Part shown: positions 63,709 to 64,000 of the stretch, piece by piece
How positions within the stretch are numbered: the first letter of the stretch is position 1
How the letters are laid out: each line of letters begins with the position of its first letter
Source of the DNA: Amoeboaphelidium protococcarum X5
Taxonomy: Eukaryota; Fungi; Aphelidiomycota
Assembly: GCA_023515725.1 (NCBI GenBank)
Contig: JALDTO010000155.1
Location: forward strand, 221,147 to 285,146
Reading direction: 5' to 3'
DNA: 64,000 nucleotides
Position numbers and translations under genes: made by a program
Notes under the pieces: model-generated
What the model saw: only the letters and a program-made list of their open reading frames with translations
Told to the model about the DNA's origin: nothing
Databases searched by the model: none

Positions 63709-64000
63709 TCAGTCAAAGGAGCCTTGGCGAATCCAAATATTTAAACCAAACTTCTCACCATCGCCTATAATAGGACTTCCGCCGTGCTTGGTCAATGGAT
63801 CTTCCTTTTAATCAGCATCAGTGTTGTACCAGAACGCAGCATCACCCAGTCTTGCAGGGACATCGACATCAATCTCTGGGAAAGAGGTAGCACCACCATG
63901 TTTCTCCATGTCAACAGTGTTTAAATAGGCAAAGATTGTGATTTCTCTCTAGCCACCGCGACTCAGCTCATTGTCTCCTCCAGAGCCATCGCGTTCGAAC
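63709..64000 (-). CDS. Second prolyl 4-hydroxylase paralog (3' part, runs off the window)
   Basis: GGQREITIFAYLNTVDMEKHGGATSFP...HGGSPII...EKFGLNIWIRQG, paralogous to 59730-60680. Confidence 0.9.

Noticed and set aside
1-64000. Impression of mass pseudogenisation from the fragmented ORF track
   Set aside because: Breaks are in-frame TAA/TAG at Gln positions; genes are intact under table 6.

Overview
A 64-kb, gene-dense eukaryotic nuclear window that does not use the standard code. TAA and TAG read as Gln and TGA is the only stop (translation table 6), so the supplied ORF track is fragmented. Fungus-like genes, 45-75 nt introns and this code fit the aphelid Amoeboaphelidium protococcarum (inference). 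Re-read with table 6, the window holds a tRNA-Gly(GCC), about 25 host genes and three mobile or mobile-derived systems. Host genes include subtilisin, lanosterol synthase, GLTP, two MFS, BIR/IAP, TPP1/Est3-like, USP22/Ubp8, inositol 5-phosphatase, Pol12, proteasome beta2, Derlin, NDR kinase, RADX-like, lipoxygenase, TMCO4/DUF726, FAR1/Aft-type TF, PQ-loop, two P4H, Mn-CDF and a nuclear mitochondrial rps3. (1) An intact Ty3/Gypsy LTR element sits 14 bp upstream of the tRNA, has a Tf1-type self-priming PBS, and has a single in-frame UGA between gag and pol. (2) A Fanzor1-type RuvC/zinc-ribbon nuclease gene (32767-34901, minus) is invisible in the ORF track, has a 1-nt deletion in its DPG motif, and lies head-to-head with a structured non-coding region showing telomerase-RNA-like template and pseudoknot features. 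(3) A complete Crypton-type tyrosine-recombinase element (53261-56024) is bounded by a 7-bp direct repeat and inserted in intron 1 of a small MGCGPS-starting, stathmin-like gene whose empty site can be rebuilt exactly. All calls come from manual translation and motif recognition; no searches were run.
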